Counted from the first letter of the stretch, positions 34,295-44,295 are shown. The stretch: DNA of 64,000 nt from Candidatus Aldehydirespirator sp. (GCA_965220645.1 OZ244836.1:1472237-1536236), one strand, 5' to 3'. Notes: generated by a model from the sequence alone, not told the origin. Made by a program: numbers and translations.

Positions 34295-35536
34295 ATGGCT
34301 GCACGCGGTCGCATTCCGCACGCGCTGATGAGGGCCGCCACACGCTGGGCGCGCGACCTGCTCGCGGTGCGCGGCGCCTTCGGCGCGTTGGTCATGGCCG
34401 CCGTCGCCAGCCTGGTCGCCGGTCTGATCCTTGCGTCCATCACCGACACGCTGGAGGAATTGCCGGGTTTGTTGCTGCTGGTACCGGCGGCGATCGCGGT
34501 GAAGGGCAACATCTTCGGGGCGTTGGGCAGCCGGCTGGGCACCTCCATCCATGCCGGCACATTCAGGCTGTCGAACCGGTGGGACTCGGTGATGGCGCAG
34601 AACGCGGTTGCGTCGGTGGCGCTGAGCCTCGCGCTGGGTGTGGCGTTGGCGGTCATGGCTAAGGGCGCCGCGCTGGCTTTCAACATCTCCCCGACGATGA
34701 GCCTCGCTGACTTCGTGGTCATCTCGGCCTTGGGGTGTCTGCTCGCCGCCTTCGTGGTGCTGGCGTTCACTCTGGCGACTACGGCCGGCGCAGTCCGATT
34801 CGGATGGGACCTGGACAACGTCGTCGCTCCCATGGTGACGGTCGCAGGCGATGTGGTCACCCTGCCGTCGCTGGTGGTGGCGGCCGAGCTCGCCGGGTTC
34901 GAGATTGTCACGCCGTCGGTTGCGTGGGCGCTGGGGGTGGTGTCGGTCCTCTCGGTTGCGTGGGCGCTTCGCAGCAGGCTGGTGGAGTTACGCACGATCA
35001 TGCGCGAGTCGATACCTGTGCTGATCGCGGCGGGAATGCTCGACCTGGTGGCCGGGATCACGGTGGAGAAGCGCATAGAGGACTTCGTCACCTTCCCGGT
35101 GTTGCTCGTCCTGCTGCCGGGCTACCTGGCCACGGCCGGAGCGCTCGGGGGCGTGCTGTCGAGCCGCCTGTCCACCAAGCTGCACCTCGGTCTGGTTAGG
35201 CCCTCAGTAGTGCCCTCGGGAGAGGCGAGGGTCGATCTCGCCACCACTTTCGCTCTGTCCATTCCGGTGTTCGCGCTGCTCGGCCTGGTGTCGTCGATCG
35301 CGGCCGGTTTGGCGGGTCATGCCGGCCCTCCGCTGGCGGATCTGGTCGCGGTGGCTGTGCTCGGCGGCCTGCTGGCCACCGTGGTGATTGTGGTGGTTGC
35401 CTATTACGGAACGCTTGCAGCCGTGCGGTTCGGGGTCGACCCCGACACCTACGGCATTCCCATGGTCACGTCGTCACTGGACTTGGCCGGGGCGTTCACC
35501 TTGATCCTCTCGGTGGTCCTGGTGGGTGTGGTCTGA
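34295..35536 (+). CDS. MgtE-type divalent cation transporter membrane protein (duplicated MgtE TM domain; no cytosolic MgtE-N/CBS part)
   Basis: Tail of ORF 33887..35536, from the ATG at 34295. The motif PGLLLLVPAAIAVKGNIFGALGSRLGT and a second copy, PVLLVLLPGYLATAGALGGVLSSRLST, form an internal repeat. Confidence 0.8.
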   Translation: MAARGRIPHALMRAATRWARDLLAVRGAFGALVMAAVASLVAGLILASITDTLEELPGLLLLVPAAIAVKGNIFGALGSRLGTSIHAGTFRLSNRWDSVMAQNAVASVALSLALGVALAVMAKGAALAFNISPTMSLADFVVISALGCLLAAFVVLAFTLATTAGAVRFGWDLDNVVAPMVTVAGDVVTLPSLVVAAELAGFEIVTPSVAWALGVVSVLSVAWALRSRLVELRTIMRESIPVLIAAGMLDLVAGITVEKRIEDFVTFPVLLVLLPGYLATAGALGGVLSSRLSTKLHLGLVRPSVVPSGEARVDLATTFALSIPVFALLGLVSSIAAGLAGHAGPPLADLVAVAVLGGLLATVVIVVVAYYGTLAAVRFGVDPDTYGIPMVTSSLDLAGAFTLILSVVLVGVV

Positions 35537-35585
35537 CAGGCAAGGTGCCGCGCTTGAGACCTACGATGCTTCCAGGAGGGACCTG

Positions 35586-36827
35586 ATGGAAGACAGACCT
35601 CGCAATTTGCGGGAGATGCTGGCCGAGGCCAAGGACACCTCCGAGCTGATGGTGGACCTGGCTTACGCGGCGGTCTACTTCGGTGACCCCGACATGGCCG
35701 ACGAGGTCAGCGCGCTCGAGGAGCGGATGAGCCACCTGGTGCAGGACATGAGAGCGGTGTGCATTCTGGCCGTGCGCCACCCCCGCGATGCCGACGGCAT
35801 GTCATCGGTACTTCAGGTGGTCTCCGCTATCGAGCGCATCGCCAACGACGCGGTCGACATTGCCCGCATCGTCACCCACCGGGTCGGCATACCGGCCGAG
35901 CTCGTGGCCGACCTGAGTGCGGCCGAGGAGGTGTCGCATCGGGTGTTGGTCTCGGATGGCTCGCTTCTCGCCCACCGTCGCCTCGCCGACCACGAGATGC
36001 CGGCCAAGATGGGTATGCGGGTGATGGCGGTGCGTCGGGAGCGCGAGTGGATCACCGATGTGAGAGGCGACACGGTTCTCGTTCCGGATGACGTGCTCTT
36101 TCTGCGGGGCTCGCCCGACGGCATCGACGAGTTGCGCAGCCTGGCCGGGTCTCCGGACTGGACGCCGCCGGAGGAGCCTGACGGCCCGATCGCCACAGAC
36201 CTCGACCGTGCGGTGGACGTGCTGGTGGAGATGAAGGATCTCTCGGAGGTGGCCGTCGGATTGGCCTACTCGTCGCTGGTGCTGCGGGACGAGAGCCTTG
36301 CCGCTGAGGTGCGCCACCTCGAGGATCGCCTCGACGAGATGAAGGACCGCCTGGAGGAGTGGGTGCTGCGCGCCGCGAGGGAACACGTGGACCACTCGGG
36401 TTTGCGGGGGCTGCTTCACCTGTCGCAAGCGGCGGAGGATCTGGGCGACCAGGCCCAGCAGATGGTTTGGATCATCGAGCGCCAGGAACAGATCCACCCG
36501 ATACTCGGCGTCGCGCTCGGCGACAGCGACGAAGTCGTGGTGCACATACCGGTGGCGGAGGGCTGCGAGGTCGATGGCAGCACGCTGAGCGAACTGAGGC
36601 TGAACATCGAGCCCGGCTTCACGGTGCTGGCGATCCGCCGCGGGGGCCAGTACCGCTACCGGCCGCGCGGCGAGGTACAGCTTGCGCCCGGTGATGCTCT
36701 CATCGCCAGCGGCCCAGACGAGGGACGAGATCGCCTGGCCGAGATGTGCGGCTGGCGGCTCATCAACAGAGAGGACGACGCCGCGATGGTCTTCGAGCCG
36801 CTGGAGTCGAGCCTGCCGACTGCCTAG
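35586..36827 (+). CDS. regulatory protein with 2x (PhoU-like + TrkA-C/RCK_C) domains
   Basis: ORF 35526..36827, trimmed to the ATG at 35586, which is preceded by AGGAGGGA. Two TrkA-C-like segments (VLVSDGSLLAHRRLADHEMP...; VHIPVAEGCEVDGSTLSELRL...). Confidence 0.8.
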   Translation: MEDRPRNLREMLAEAKDTSELMVDLAYAAVYFGDPDMADEVSALEERMSHLVQDMRAVCILAVRHPRDADGMSSVLQVVSAIERIANDAVDIARIVTHRVGIPAELVADLSAAEEVSHRVLVSDGSLLAHRRLADHEMPAKMGMRVMAVRREREWITDVRGDTVLVPDDVLFLRGSPDGIDELRSLAGSPDWTPPEEPDGPIATDLDRAVDVLVEMKDLSEVAVGLAYSSLVLRDESLAAEVRHLEDRLDEMKDRLEEWVLRAAREHVDHSGLRGLLHLSQAAEDLGDQAQQMVWIIERQEQIHPILGVALGDSDEVVVHIPVAEGCEVDGSTLSELRLNIEPGFTVLAIRRGGQYRYRPRGEVQLAPGDALIASGPDEGRDRLAEMCGWRLINREDDAAMVFEPLESSLPTA

Positions 36828-36893
36828 CGGCCCAGCGAGGGCGCAGACCGGGGCGGCGCGCTCCGATGCGCTGCGGCGCTAGCTTCACCGACC

Positions 36894-37781
36894 ATGGCGA
36901 CTCCCGCCGGCCGGCTCTGCTTGCTCACCGTTCACGCCCATCCCGACGACGAGGCCTCCAAGGGCGCGCCCACGGTGGCCCGCTACCACGCCGAGGGCGT
37001 GCACACGGTTCTGGTGTGCTGTACGGGAGGAGAGGAGGGCGAGATCCTCAACCCGGCGCTGGACAAGCCCTCGATGGCCGACAAGCTGGCCGAGATACGC
37101 GCCGAGGAACTGGCCCGGGCCGCGTCGGTGATCGGCTACGACGACGTGGTGATGCTCGGGTACCGCGACTCGGGTATGGAAGGGTCAGAGGCCAACGCCC
37201 ACCCCGACTGCTTCGCCAACGCAGACCTGGACGAGGCGGTGAGCCGTCTCGTGGCGGTGATCCGCCAGTTCCGACCCCACGTGATCGTCACCTACGCCGA
37301 GGATCAGGGCGGCTACATGCACCCGGACCATCTGCGGGTTCACGACATCTCCATCCCGGCCTTCGAGCGGGCCGGCGACTCCCAGTACCGTCCCGACCTG
37401 GGCGAGCCGTGGTCGCCGGCCAAGCTCTACTACACGCTGTGGTCGCGCAAGCGCATCGAGGAGCGGCATCAGGCGTTCCAGGATCTTGGCTTGGAGTCGC
37501 CGTACAGCAACTGGTGGTTCAAGCGCCCTTCCACCGACGACCAGATCACCACTCAGGTTCCTGTGGACGGGTTCATCGACGCGCGCATCGAGGGATTGCT
37601 GGCCCACGCGACCCAGATCGATCCGGAGTCGACCTTCTGGTTCGGATTGCCGCCGGAGGTTGAGCGTTCCATTCATCCTTATGACGACTACGTGCTGGCC
37701 CGCGGCCCCCACCCCGCCGCGATACCTGAGCGCGACCTGTTCGAGGGCCTTCGGCCGGATCCCGCCGGCGAGCCGCTCTGA
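36894..37781 (+). CDS. mca: mycothiol conjugate amidase Mca (LmbE/PIG-L family)
   Basis: ORF 36894..37781. Protein reads LLTVHAHPDDEASKGAPTVARYHAEGVHTVLVCCTGGEEGEILNP, with HPDH further on. Confidence 0.85.
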   Translation: MATPAGRLCLLTVHAHPDDEASKGAPTVARYHAEGVHTVLVCCTGGEEGEILNPALDKPSMADKLAEIRAEELARAASVIGYDDVVMLGYRDSGMEGSEANAHPDCFANADLDEAVSRLVAVIRQFRPHVIVTYAEDQGGYMHPDHLRVHDISIPAFERAGDSQYRPDLGEPWSPAKLYYTLWSRKRIEERHQAFQDLGLESPYSNWWFKRPSTDDQITTQVPVDGFIDARIEGLLAHATQIDPESTFWFGLPPEVERSIHPYDDYVLARGPHPAAIPERDLFEGLRPDPAGEPL

Positions 37782-37782
37782 C

Positions 37783-38157
37783 GTGGCGCCAGAACCGCTG
37801 GGCGAGGGTTGGTTGGAGGCCGTGGGGGCTGAGCTGGCGACGGTCGACGCGCTCGGCTCAACAGACGGCGTGGCTCAGATCATCGTGAGCGGCTCGCCTT
37901 CCGGCACTGCCCCGTTCTATGTCGTGGTCGCGGCCGGTCGCCTGAGCGCGGCGGCAGGGCGCCATCCTGAGCCGGACATGCTGCTGTCGTGGTCCTATCC
38001 CGACTTCGTGCAAGCCTGGGAGGGCGGACTCTCCCTGGAAGCGGCCTACATGTCAGGCCGGATGAAGCTCGAGGGAGACCAGGTGTTGCTGTTCGACGGC
38101 TGGCGACCCCTCTTGCGGTCGTCCGAACTCCGGGCAGCGCTAACCCCTCTGCGCTGA
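37783..38157 (+). CDS. SCP2 sterol-binding-domain protein
   Basis: Tail of ORF 37486..38157, from the GTG at 37783, 2 nt after the mca stop. Contains EAAYMSGRMKLEGDQVLL. Confidence 0.65.
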   Translation: MAPEPLGEGWLEAVGAELATVDALGSTDGVAQIIVSGSPSGTAPFYVVVAAGRLSAAAGRHPEPDMLLSWSYPDFVQAWEGGLSLEAAYMSGRMKLEGDQVLLFDGWRPLLRSSELRAALTPLR

Positions 38158-38227
38158 AGCTGCCAGGCGCCACGGAAGTGGGCTCCGTGCCGCGCCCGTG
38201 CTCCGATCTGGCTTCCGGTGATGGAGG

Positions 38228-39094
38228 TCAGATGCGGTGCCTGGCCCTCCTCTGGGCGCTGCGCAGCGCGCGGTGACCGACCATCGCGGCTCCGGATTGC
38301 TGGAGCATGTCGGTGATGTCGGCGGACAGGGCGAGGGCGAGATCGTCGACCCGGCCGGTCGCGGCGGGGTCGACGGCATGGATCTCGGGCTCGTCGAGGG
38401 CCGGGCACAGCGACAGCTCGGTCACGCCTGGACTCAAGTCGGCCAGTTGCTCGATCACGTGACGGCGGGCGTCGCCTCGGACGAGCCGGAAGTGGTCCGG
38501 GAAGACGATGCCTTCGTCCGTCGCCAGCGACCGGAACGGGAATCCGGCGTTGGCTTCGGCGTCAGCGCCCTCGAGCCGCAGAGGCAGGTCGAAGGCGACG
38601 GCCAGGTCGAGCAGCACGTCGAAGAACTCTGGACGTTGCTGTAGAGCAGCCATGTGGGTGGTGAGGTGGGTTACGTCGAATCCCCACAGCACGGCTCGCT
38701 CGACCTGGGCGCGGCACTCCCGGCGAACCTCGTCGAGGTCCGCGTGGTCCCACAGGTCCTGCACCGTGCGGGGGAACCCGCCGTCGCCGTCAAGGAGGCT
38801 CGGAGCGTTGGTGATCGGACCCCATCGGAAGCAGTCGAGTTCGGAATTGAGCGTGAGGTGGACGCCCAGGTCCTCGCCTCGGTACAGCTCCGCGGCATGG
38901 CGGGCCCACGCGCCGGGCATCACGATCGTGCCGGTCGTGGCTGCGCCCTGGCGCAGGGCCTGGTAGCCGCCGGCAGTGGAGGAGTGGGTGGTGCCGATCC
39001 GGTCCGCGCTGACGATCACGAGCCTCGCGTCGGGCGGGTGTCCGAGTCGCTCCACCAGCGATTCCACGGACCTGACGGTACCTGACTCCGGCAC
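38228..39094 (-). CDS. ChbG/HpnK (YdjC-like) family deacetylase
   Basis: ORF 38228..39094. Segments LVIVSADRIG...LGVHLTLNSE...THLTTHMAALQQRPEFF...DLPLRL. Confidence 0.6.
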   Translation of the reverse strand: MPESGTVRSVESLVERLGHPPDARLVIVSADRIGTTHSSTAGGYQALRQGAATTGTIVMPGAWARHAAELYRGEDLGVHLTLNSELDCFRWGPITNAPSLLDGDGGFPRTVQDLWDHADLDEVRRECRAQVERAVLWGFDVTHLTTHMAALQQRPEFFDVLLDLAVAFDLPLRLEGADAEANAGFPFRSLATDEGIVFPDHFRLVRGDARRHVIEQLADLSPGVTELSLCPALDEPEIHAVDPAATGRVDDLALALSADITDMLQQSGAAMVGHRALRSAQRRARHRI

Positions 39095-39127
39095 CGGTTC
39101 CGTGCCCGCGGGCGCGGCGCGTCCGAG

Positions 39128-39682
39128 TCAGTCCAATGGCACGTCGGGACCTCCACAGACACTCCATAGCCCTCGACCGGCGGCGATCGCCTCCGCCTGG
39201 GCCCGGCCGAGAGCATCGGCGAAATGGTCGTTGGGCGGATAGTTCAGCGCAGCGGCGTAGCCGGCCGCGACCAGCTCCAGGTTGACGAAGAGGCCGTCAC
39301 GGGATCGCACTACATAGCCCAGCAACCGGTCGTACACGTCGCGGGCCTCCACATCGCGCACCAGGGTGATCTCGGTCCCGGCGGGAAGCGCGGCCGCGAG
39401 GAAGTGCGATGCCTCCTTGCCGAAGCACTGCACCGGTCGGGTGGGCGCCACCGACTCGGGAGTATCGACACCGATCAGGCGGATCGTCTCGGAACGGTTC
39501 CCGATCCGTGCGACGAGCGTGTCTCCGTCGACGACGCGCTCGACGACAGCGTTGGGAACCGATGCGGAGTCGGGCGTCGTGGCCGCGATGTCGGCGGAAC
39601 CACGGGTGTCATCCGTCCCGCAGCCGCACGCGAGCAGCAACAGGGTTACGGGTACCAGCGGTCGGAGTGTTCGACGCAGCAT
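39128..39682 (-). CDS. thermonuclease (SNase) family lipoprotein
   Basis: ORF 39128..39682. Lipobox LLLACG. SNase core VVDGDTLVARIG...IRLIGVDTPE. Confidence 0.85.
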   Translation of the reverse strand: MLRRTLRPLVPVTLLLLACGCGTDDTRGSADIAATTPDSASVPNAVVERVVDGDTLVARIGNRSETIRLIGVDTPESVAPTRPVQCFGKEASHFLAAALPAGTEITLVRDVEARDVYDRLLGYVVRSRDGLFVNLELVAAGYAAALNYPPNDHFADALGRAQAEAIAAGRGLWSVCGGPDVPLD

Positions 39683-39787
39683 CGCGCCTACCTCTCGTCA
39701 AAAGGTCCTTCCACAGATGGGCGTTGTCTCCATCTAAGGCCCCGCGGCGGTCAGCAGACCAGGGGCGATAAAGGGGGTCCTCGGCGT

Positions 39788-39982
39788 TCAGGCCGCGGCA
39801 GGCAGGTTGGGGCTGGGGACGGTAGCGGTGCGAGTTTCGGTTCGGGCTGCACGCAGCGCCTGGCGGGCTCGGGCTACTCCGCGCCTGCCGATCTCGCAGG
39901 TTGCGGGGTCGAGCTGCCAGCTGTCCCTCGAGTCGGCCCCTTCGGCGGGGACGATTTCGATAAGAACCAGTTGATCGGTCAT
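39788..39982 (-). CDS. hypothetical small protein (64 aa)
   Basis: In-frame part of ORF 39788..40081, from the ATG at 39982 (MTDQLVLIEIVPAEGADSRDSWQLDPATCEIGRRGVARARQALRAAR...). It lies in an otherwise empty intergenic region of about 300 nt. Confidence 0.35.
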   Translation of the reverse strand: MTDQLVLIEIVPAEGADSRDSWQLDPATCEIGRRGVARARQALRAARTETRTATVPSPNLPAAA

Positions 39983-39988
39983 GTAGAC

Positions 39989-41002
39989 ATGATGGCGAGG
40001 GGGTGTGACATCCTTTCCTGCGTGAATCAGGTCCTCCCCCAAAGACACGGCATCACGGTGCCCTTCGCCGGTCCGCTGCACTCGCAGCGGGAGCGTTTCG
40101 AGGAGCTCGTCGACCTCGGCTACACCGACGTCTGGTCGGCCGAGGCCGACGGCTTCGACGGCCTCACCACCCTCGCCCTCGCGTCGGCATGGGCGCCGTC
40201 ACTGCGTCTAGGCACCGCGATCCTCCCCGTCTACACCCGCGGGCCGGCTCTGCTCGCGCAGTCGGCCGCGTCGCTGGCCTCGGCCGCCCCGGGCCGTTTC
40301 GTGCTCGGGATCGGATCGTCGTCGGACGTGATCGTCGGCCGCTGGAACGCGATCCCCTTCGACCGCCCCTACCAGCGTGTTCGCGACACGATCCGTTTCT
40401 TGAGAGCGGCACTGGGCGGCGAGAAGGTGACAGAGGACTACGACACCTTCTCGGTGCGGGGATTCAGGCTCGGCGTGAGGGTCAACGAGCCCGTCCCCAT
40501 CTTTGTGGCCGCCCTTCGAGAACGGATGCTGCGGCTGGCAGCACGCGAGGGCGACGGCGCCATCATCAACTGGCTGTCAGCCCGGGATGCAGCCCGAGTA
40601 TGCGACATCGTGAGATCCGAGAGTCCCACGGCCGAGGTCGTGGCCCGCATCTTCGTGTTGCCAACTCCTGATCGGGAGGCGGCCATCGCCACAGGCCGGT
40701 TCATGCTGGCCGCGTACCTCAACGTCCCGGTGTACCGGGCGTTCCACACATGGCTCGGCCGCACGGACGCGCTCGGCGAGCATTGGGCCCAGTGGGATGC
40801 GGGCGACCGTCGAGGCTCCCTGGAGAAGATCCCCGAGCACGTGGTCGATGAACTGCTGGTGCACGGCTCGCCCGAACAGTGCCGCGACCACGTCCAGCGC
40901 TTCATCGACAACGGGGTGACCTGCCCCGCGCCCATGGTGCTGCCCGTCGACGGAGTCGACGCGTTCGAAGTGGTCAGAGCACTGGCTCCCGCCGCCGGCT
41001 GA
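39989..41002 (+). CDS. LLM-class (luciferase-like, F420-type) oxidoreductase
   Basis: Tail of ORF 39224..41002. Protein reads GITVPFAGPL...GYTDVWSAEADGFDGLTTLALASAWAPSLRLGTAILPVYTRGPALLAQ. The start is uncertain: ATG at 39989 or GTG at 40022. Confidence 0.8.
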   Translation: MMARGCDILSCVNQVLPQRHGITVPFAGPLHSQRERFEELVDLGYTDVWSAEADGFDGLTTLALASAWAPSLRLGTAILPVYTRGPALLAQSAASLASAAPGRFVLGIGSSSDVIVGRWNAIPFDRPYQRVRDTIRFLRAALGGEKVTEDYDTFSVRGFRLGVRVNEPVPIFVAALRERMLRLAAREGDGAIINWLSARDAARVCDIVRSESPTAEVVARIFVLPTPDREAAIATGRFMLAAYLNVPVYRAFHTWLGRTDALGEHWAQWDAGDRRGSLEKIPEHVVDELLVHGSPEQCRDHVQRFIDNGVTCPAPMVLPVDGVDAFEVVRALAPAAG

Positions 41003-41005
41003 GAC

Positions 41006-41809
41006 TCAGAGTCCCAGAAGACCCCGCTGCATCCGCCGCATCCCGGCCAGCCAGCGCTGCCGGTCGCCGGCCCGGCGCTGCTCGTAGGTGGCCACCTCGG
41101 GGTGGGGCAGTATCAGGAAAGCGTCCTCCCGTAGAGCTGACAGGGTCACGGCCGCCACCTCCTCGGGCTCCATCAGGCCCAGCTCTCGCACCTGGGCCAC
41201 TCCGAGCATCCAATCGGACTCCGTCATCGGGGTGCGCACACCCTGGGGGCACAGACACGACACCCTCACGCCGTCGTCGCCGTGGGTGATGGCGATCCAC
41301 TCGGCCAAGGCCACGGCCGCGTGCTTGGTGACCGCATAGGAGGCAGTACCCAGACCCGTCAGCAGCCCTGCCGCCGAGGCGGTAACGAGCAAGTGGCCCG
41401 AGCTTCTCTCCACCCACCGCGGCACGAGATGGCGGCAGGCGATCACATGGGCCATCAAGTTCACATCCCACACGCGGTTCCACTCCTCGTTGGGACGCTC
41501 CACCCCGCCCATGCTGGAAATGCCGGCGTTGCCGCACCACAGCTCGATCGGGCCGAGGCTCTCTTCGACGCGTTCAATCAGAGCGACGACCGCGGCCTCG
41601 TCGGTGACATCAATCTCGGCACCGAACCCGACCGGGTTGCCGGCAGCAACTTCGGCTGCGATCTCACCGGCCACAGCGGTGGCGCCGGCTCCGTCGATGT
41701 CGGCCACCACCACCACCGCACCGGCATCGAGCGCCAGCGCCCGAGCCAGCGAACGCCCGATGCCGCTTGCGGCTCCCGTGACGACCGCTACCGCCCCTTC
41801 GAGTTCCAT
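41006..41809 (-). CDS. SDR family oxidoreductase
   Basis: ORF 41006..41809. Motifs: VAVVTGAASGIGRS, NAGI, YAVTKHA. Confidence 0.85.
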   Translation of the reverse strand: MELEGAVAVVTGAASGIGRSLARALALDAGAVVVVADIDGAGATAVAGEIAAEVAAGNPVGFGAEIDVTDEAAVVALIERVEESLGPIELWCGNAGISSMGGVERPNEEWNRVWDVNLMAHVIACRHLVPRWVERSSGHLLVTASAAGLLTGLGTASYAVTKHAAVALAEWIAITHGDDGVRVSCLCPQGVRTPMTESDWMLGVAQVRELGLMEPEEVAAVTLSALREDAFLILPHPEVATYEQRRAGDRQRWLAGMRRMQRGLLGL

Positions 41810-41845
41810 GTCGGTGATCCTAGTTACGCCCCCGCACGCCGGGTC

Positions 41846-42370
41846 TCAGCGCAAGAGGCGACGGGCGATCGAGCCGAGGGCCGCACCAACCCCTATCCCT
41901 GCGGCCACGTCGCTGGCATGATGGATCCGCACGTGAATGCGGCTGAGGGCCACAACCAGGGCCAGCGCGTAGTACGCGGGCGCCCACGGGCTGCGGCGTG
42001 ACAGCAGCGCCGCCGCGACCATGGCTGCACTGGCGTGGCCGCTGGGAAAGCTGCTGGTGAGGGGCCGGCGCAGGGCATGGGGCCGCCGTCCGGCGACGAC
42101 CGGGCGGCGCCGCCCGAAGACTGTCTTGATCACACCGTTGACCAGCACCGCCTCCGCAAGCAGGGCACCACTCAACTCGGCAGCCGGGCGATGGTCTCGC
42201 CGTACCGCGGCCTGCACGGCCCCGAGCGCGTGCCAGAGGCGCGAGTGGTTGGCGGCCTCCGATACCGAGTACATGAGCCGATCCAGCCCGGGCTTGCCCC
42301 TGAGGGCACGCTCCCACCAACCGTCGACCGCGGTGTCGATGCCGTCGATGGCGTTCCCAGCATCGCTCAT
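41846..42370 (-). CDS. PAP2-family phosphatase
   Basis: ORF 41846..42370. Motifs: SFPSGHAS and SRIHVRIHHASDV. ATGA overlap with the VanW stop. Confidence 0.85.
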   Translation of the reverse strand: MSDAGNAIDGIDTAVDGWWERALRGKPGLDRLMYSVSEAANHSRLWHALGAVQAAVRRDHRPAAELSGALLAEAVLVNGVIKTVFGRRRPVVAGRRPHALRRPLTSSFPSGHASAAMVAAALLSRRSPWAPAYYALALVVALSRIHVRIHHASDVAAGIGVGAALGSIARRLLR

Positions 42371-44295
42371 TCAGATTCACCTGGAATGGTCGTGGAGGGC
42401 GTGACACTACTGCCCGGGTCGCCGGTCTCGCCGTCCTGCTGGCCGGCGCCCCCGCTGCCGGGCTCATCATCTGGACCGGCGCCCCCGCTGCGGTCGAGCT
42501 CGCCGGTCCCGCTTCCGGTCTCCCCCTGACCCTGGTCGCCTTCCTCGCTGCCCTGGAATTCGCTCCCTTCGGGCGGCACGGTGGTGGAGCTCGTTGTGGT
42601 CGTCGTTGTGACCGATGGCGACCCGTCGCACTTGATGCCCTCGGGGCGGTACTGGGCCCACACCGTGTCCGTCTCGGTGCGCCCGTCCTCGAGGTACGTG
42701 CGAGTGCGCTCTGTGGTCACCCGGGTGCAGGAGGTTCCCACCGTCCGCGACCATTGGTCGGTCTGCTCGGCCAGCACCCACGGCGTGGAGTAGAGCCTCA
42801 CCGTGATCGACGAGTCGTCGGTGGTGGGCCACAGCATCACGCCGTACGGGGTGTTGTTCTCCAGCGCCAGATCGGGCGCCGGATACGACACGGTTGCCTC
42901 GCGCCCGTAGGGGTAGCGGCTCAGGTAGATCGTGTGGCTCTGATAGTCGACGAAGTCCAGTCCCGCGAAGAAGGCCGCATTGAACAGCGTCGTGGCGTAC
43001 TGCGAGATGCCTCCCCCCACCGAGTCCACGAACACGCCGTCGAGGATCATGAAGGCTGGAACGAACCCCTTGTTCGCCGTGCGCGGACCGACGAACCCGT
43101 TGACCGAGAAGCGCTGGCCCGGCTCGATGATCGCCCCGCGCGTCAGCTCGGAGATGCGGGCGATGTTGATGATCCGGTCCTGGCCCGGCCTGAACTGCGT
43201 GGTGAACTCGCCGACCACCTGGATGATTCCGAGCGACTCGGCCCACTCCCGCCCCTGGGGGTGGGGCGCGGGAGCGGCCGGCAGCACTATCACCGGCTGG
43301 CCCTCGATCATTCCCGCGAGAAGCACGTCGGTGACCGAGGAGTGGCAGCACTTGAATCCGGCCTCGCCTTCGGAGATCGTCACCGCACCGTCTTGGTCCA
43401 GGCCGATGGTCGCGGGGATCCCTTCGCTGCCGATCCCCACGAAGAGGCTGGCGAGAGTGGCCGCGATCCGCGGGTTGAGGCCGAGGTGCGTGTCGTGCTG
43501 CTCTCCCTCAAGGACGATGAACTGCCGCAGGGCCAGCTCGCCGATGGTGAACACCTCGGTGGTGCCCTCGAGTTGGAGCTGAACCCCTCCCGCGGTGATC
43601 TCGTTCGCCTTGGTGGCGAGGGCGGCGGCAAGCGCGACCGCGATCGGGTCGGCCGGCTCCATGCCGCGTATCGGAACCTCGACGGCAACCCGGCCGCCCA
43701 TGTTGTTGAGCACGGCGTCTTCGAGCCTGAGGGCCAGCAACTCCATGTCGGGGGCTGGCACATCGATGTGAAGAACCGGCTGGAAGACTCCGTCGACGAA
43801 CTGGATCCGGGGCGTCTCGGGGTCGGTGTAGGGGTCGACAGTCTCGGCGAGGGTTCCCAGGTCGGTGGTCACCGACGGGCTCACGTCGCGGCTGGCGAAC
43901 AGATCGAACAGCCACGCGGCCGGCCGGATCACTGGCGGGGGCGGGTTGTCGGCCTCGGCGAGAATTCGCTCGGAATCCAGCGAGATTCCGAGTTCCTCGG
44001 CGGTGAACGTGATCGTGTGGTCCAGGAACTGCAGGTCGATGTCCGGGAACTGGAGGTCGATGGTGGTCTCGGCCACCTCCTGGACGACGGGTTCAAGCGC
44101 CTCGACCGCCGCTTCGGGCTCGAGCCCGCCGATCTCCACGCCCGAGACCGTCGCTCCCGGGCGTATCCGGGTCTCCTCGCCCGCTTCGTAGATCTGCCAA
44201 CCGACGATGAGAGCGGCGACCACCACCCCTGCTCCGACGAGGAACGGCCATAGTCGCCCGTGCCGAACCTGCCGTCCTAGCAGCCGCCTGAGCAC
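42367..44295 (-). CDS. VanW-family protein (N-terminal TM, VanW domain, Gly/Ser/Glu-rich tail)
   Basis: ORF 42367..44295. VanW core GQRFSVNGFVGPRTANKGFVPAFMILDGVFVDSVGGGISQYATTLFNAAFFAGLD. Confidence 0.85.
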   Translation of the reverse strand: MLRRLLGRQVRHGRLWPFLVGAGVVVAALIVGWQIYEAGEETRIRPGATVSGVEIGGLEPEAAVEALEPVVQEVAETTIDLQFPDIDLQFLDHTITFTAEELGISLDSERILAEADNPPPPVIRPAAWLFDLFASRDVSPSVTTDLGTLAETVDPYTDPETPRIQFVDGVFQPVLHIDVPAPDMELLALRLEDAVLNNMGGRVAVEVPIRGMEPADPIAVALAAALATKANEITAGGVQLQLEGTTEVFTIGELALRQFIVLEGEQHDTHLGLNPRIAATLASLFVGIGSEGIPATIGLDQDGAVTISEGEAGFKCCHSSVTDVLLAGMIEGQPVIVLPAAPAPHPQGREWAESLGIIQVVGEFTTQFRPGQDRIINIARISELTRGAIIEPGQRFSVNGFVGPRTANKGFVPAFMILDGVFVDSVGGGISQYATTLFNAAFFAGLDFVDYQSHTIYLSRYPYGREATVSYPAPDLALENNTPYGVMLWPTTDDSSITVRLYSTPWVLAEQTDQWSRTVGTSCTRVTTERTRTYLEDGRTETDTVWAQYRPEGIKCDGSPSVTTTTTTSSTTVPPEGSEFQGSEEGDQGQGETGSGTGELDRSGGAGPDDEPGSGGAGQQDGETGDPGSSVTPSTTIPGESE

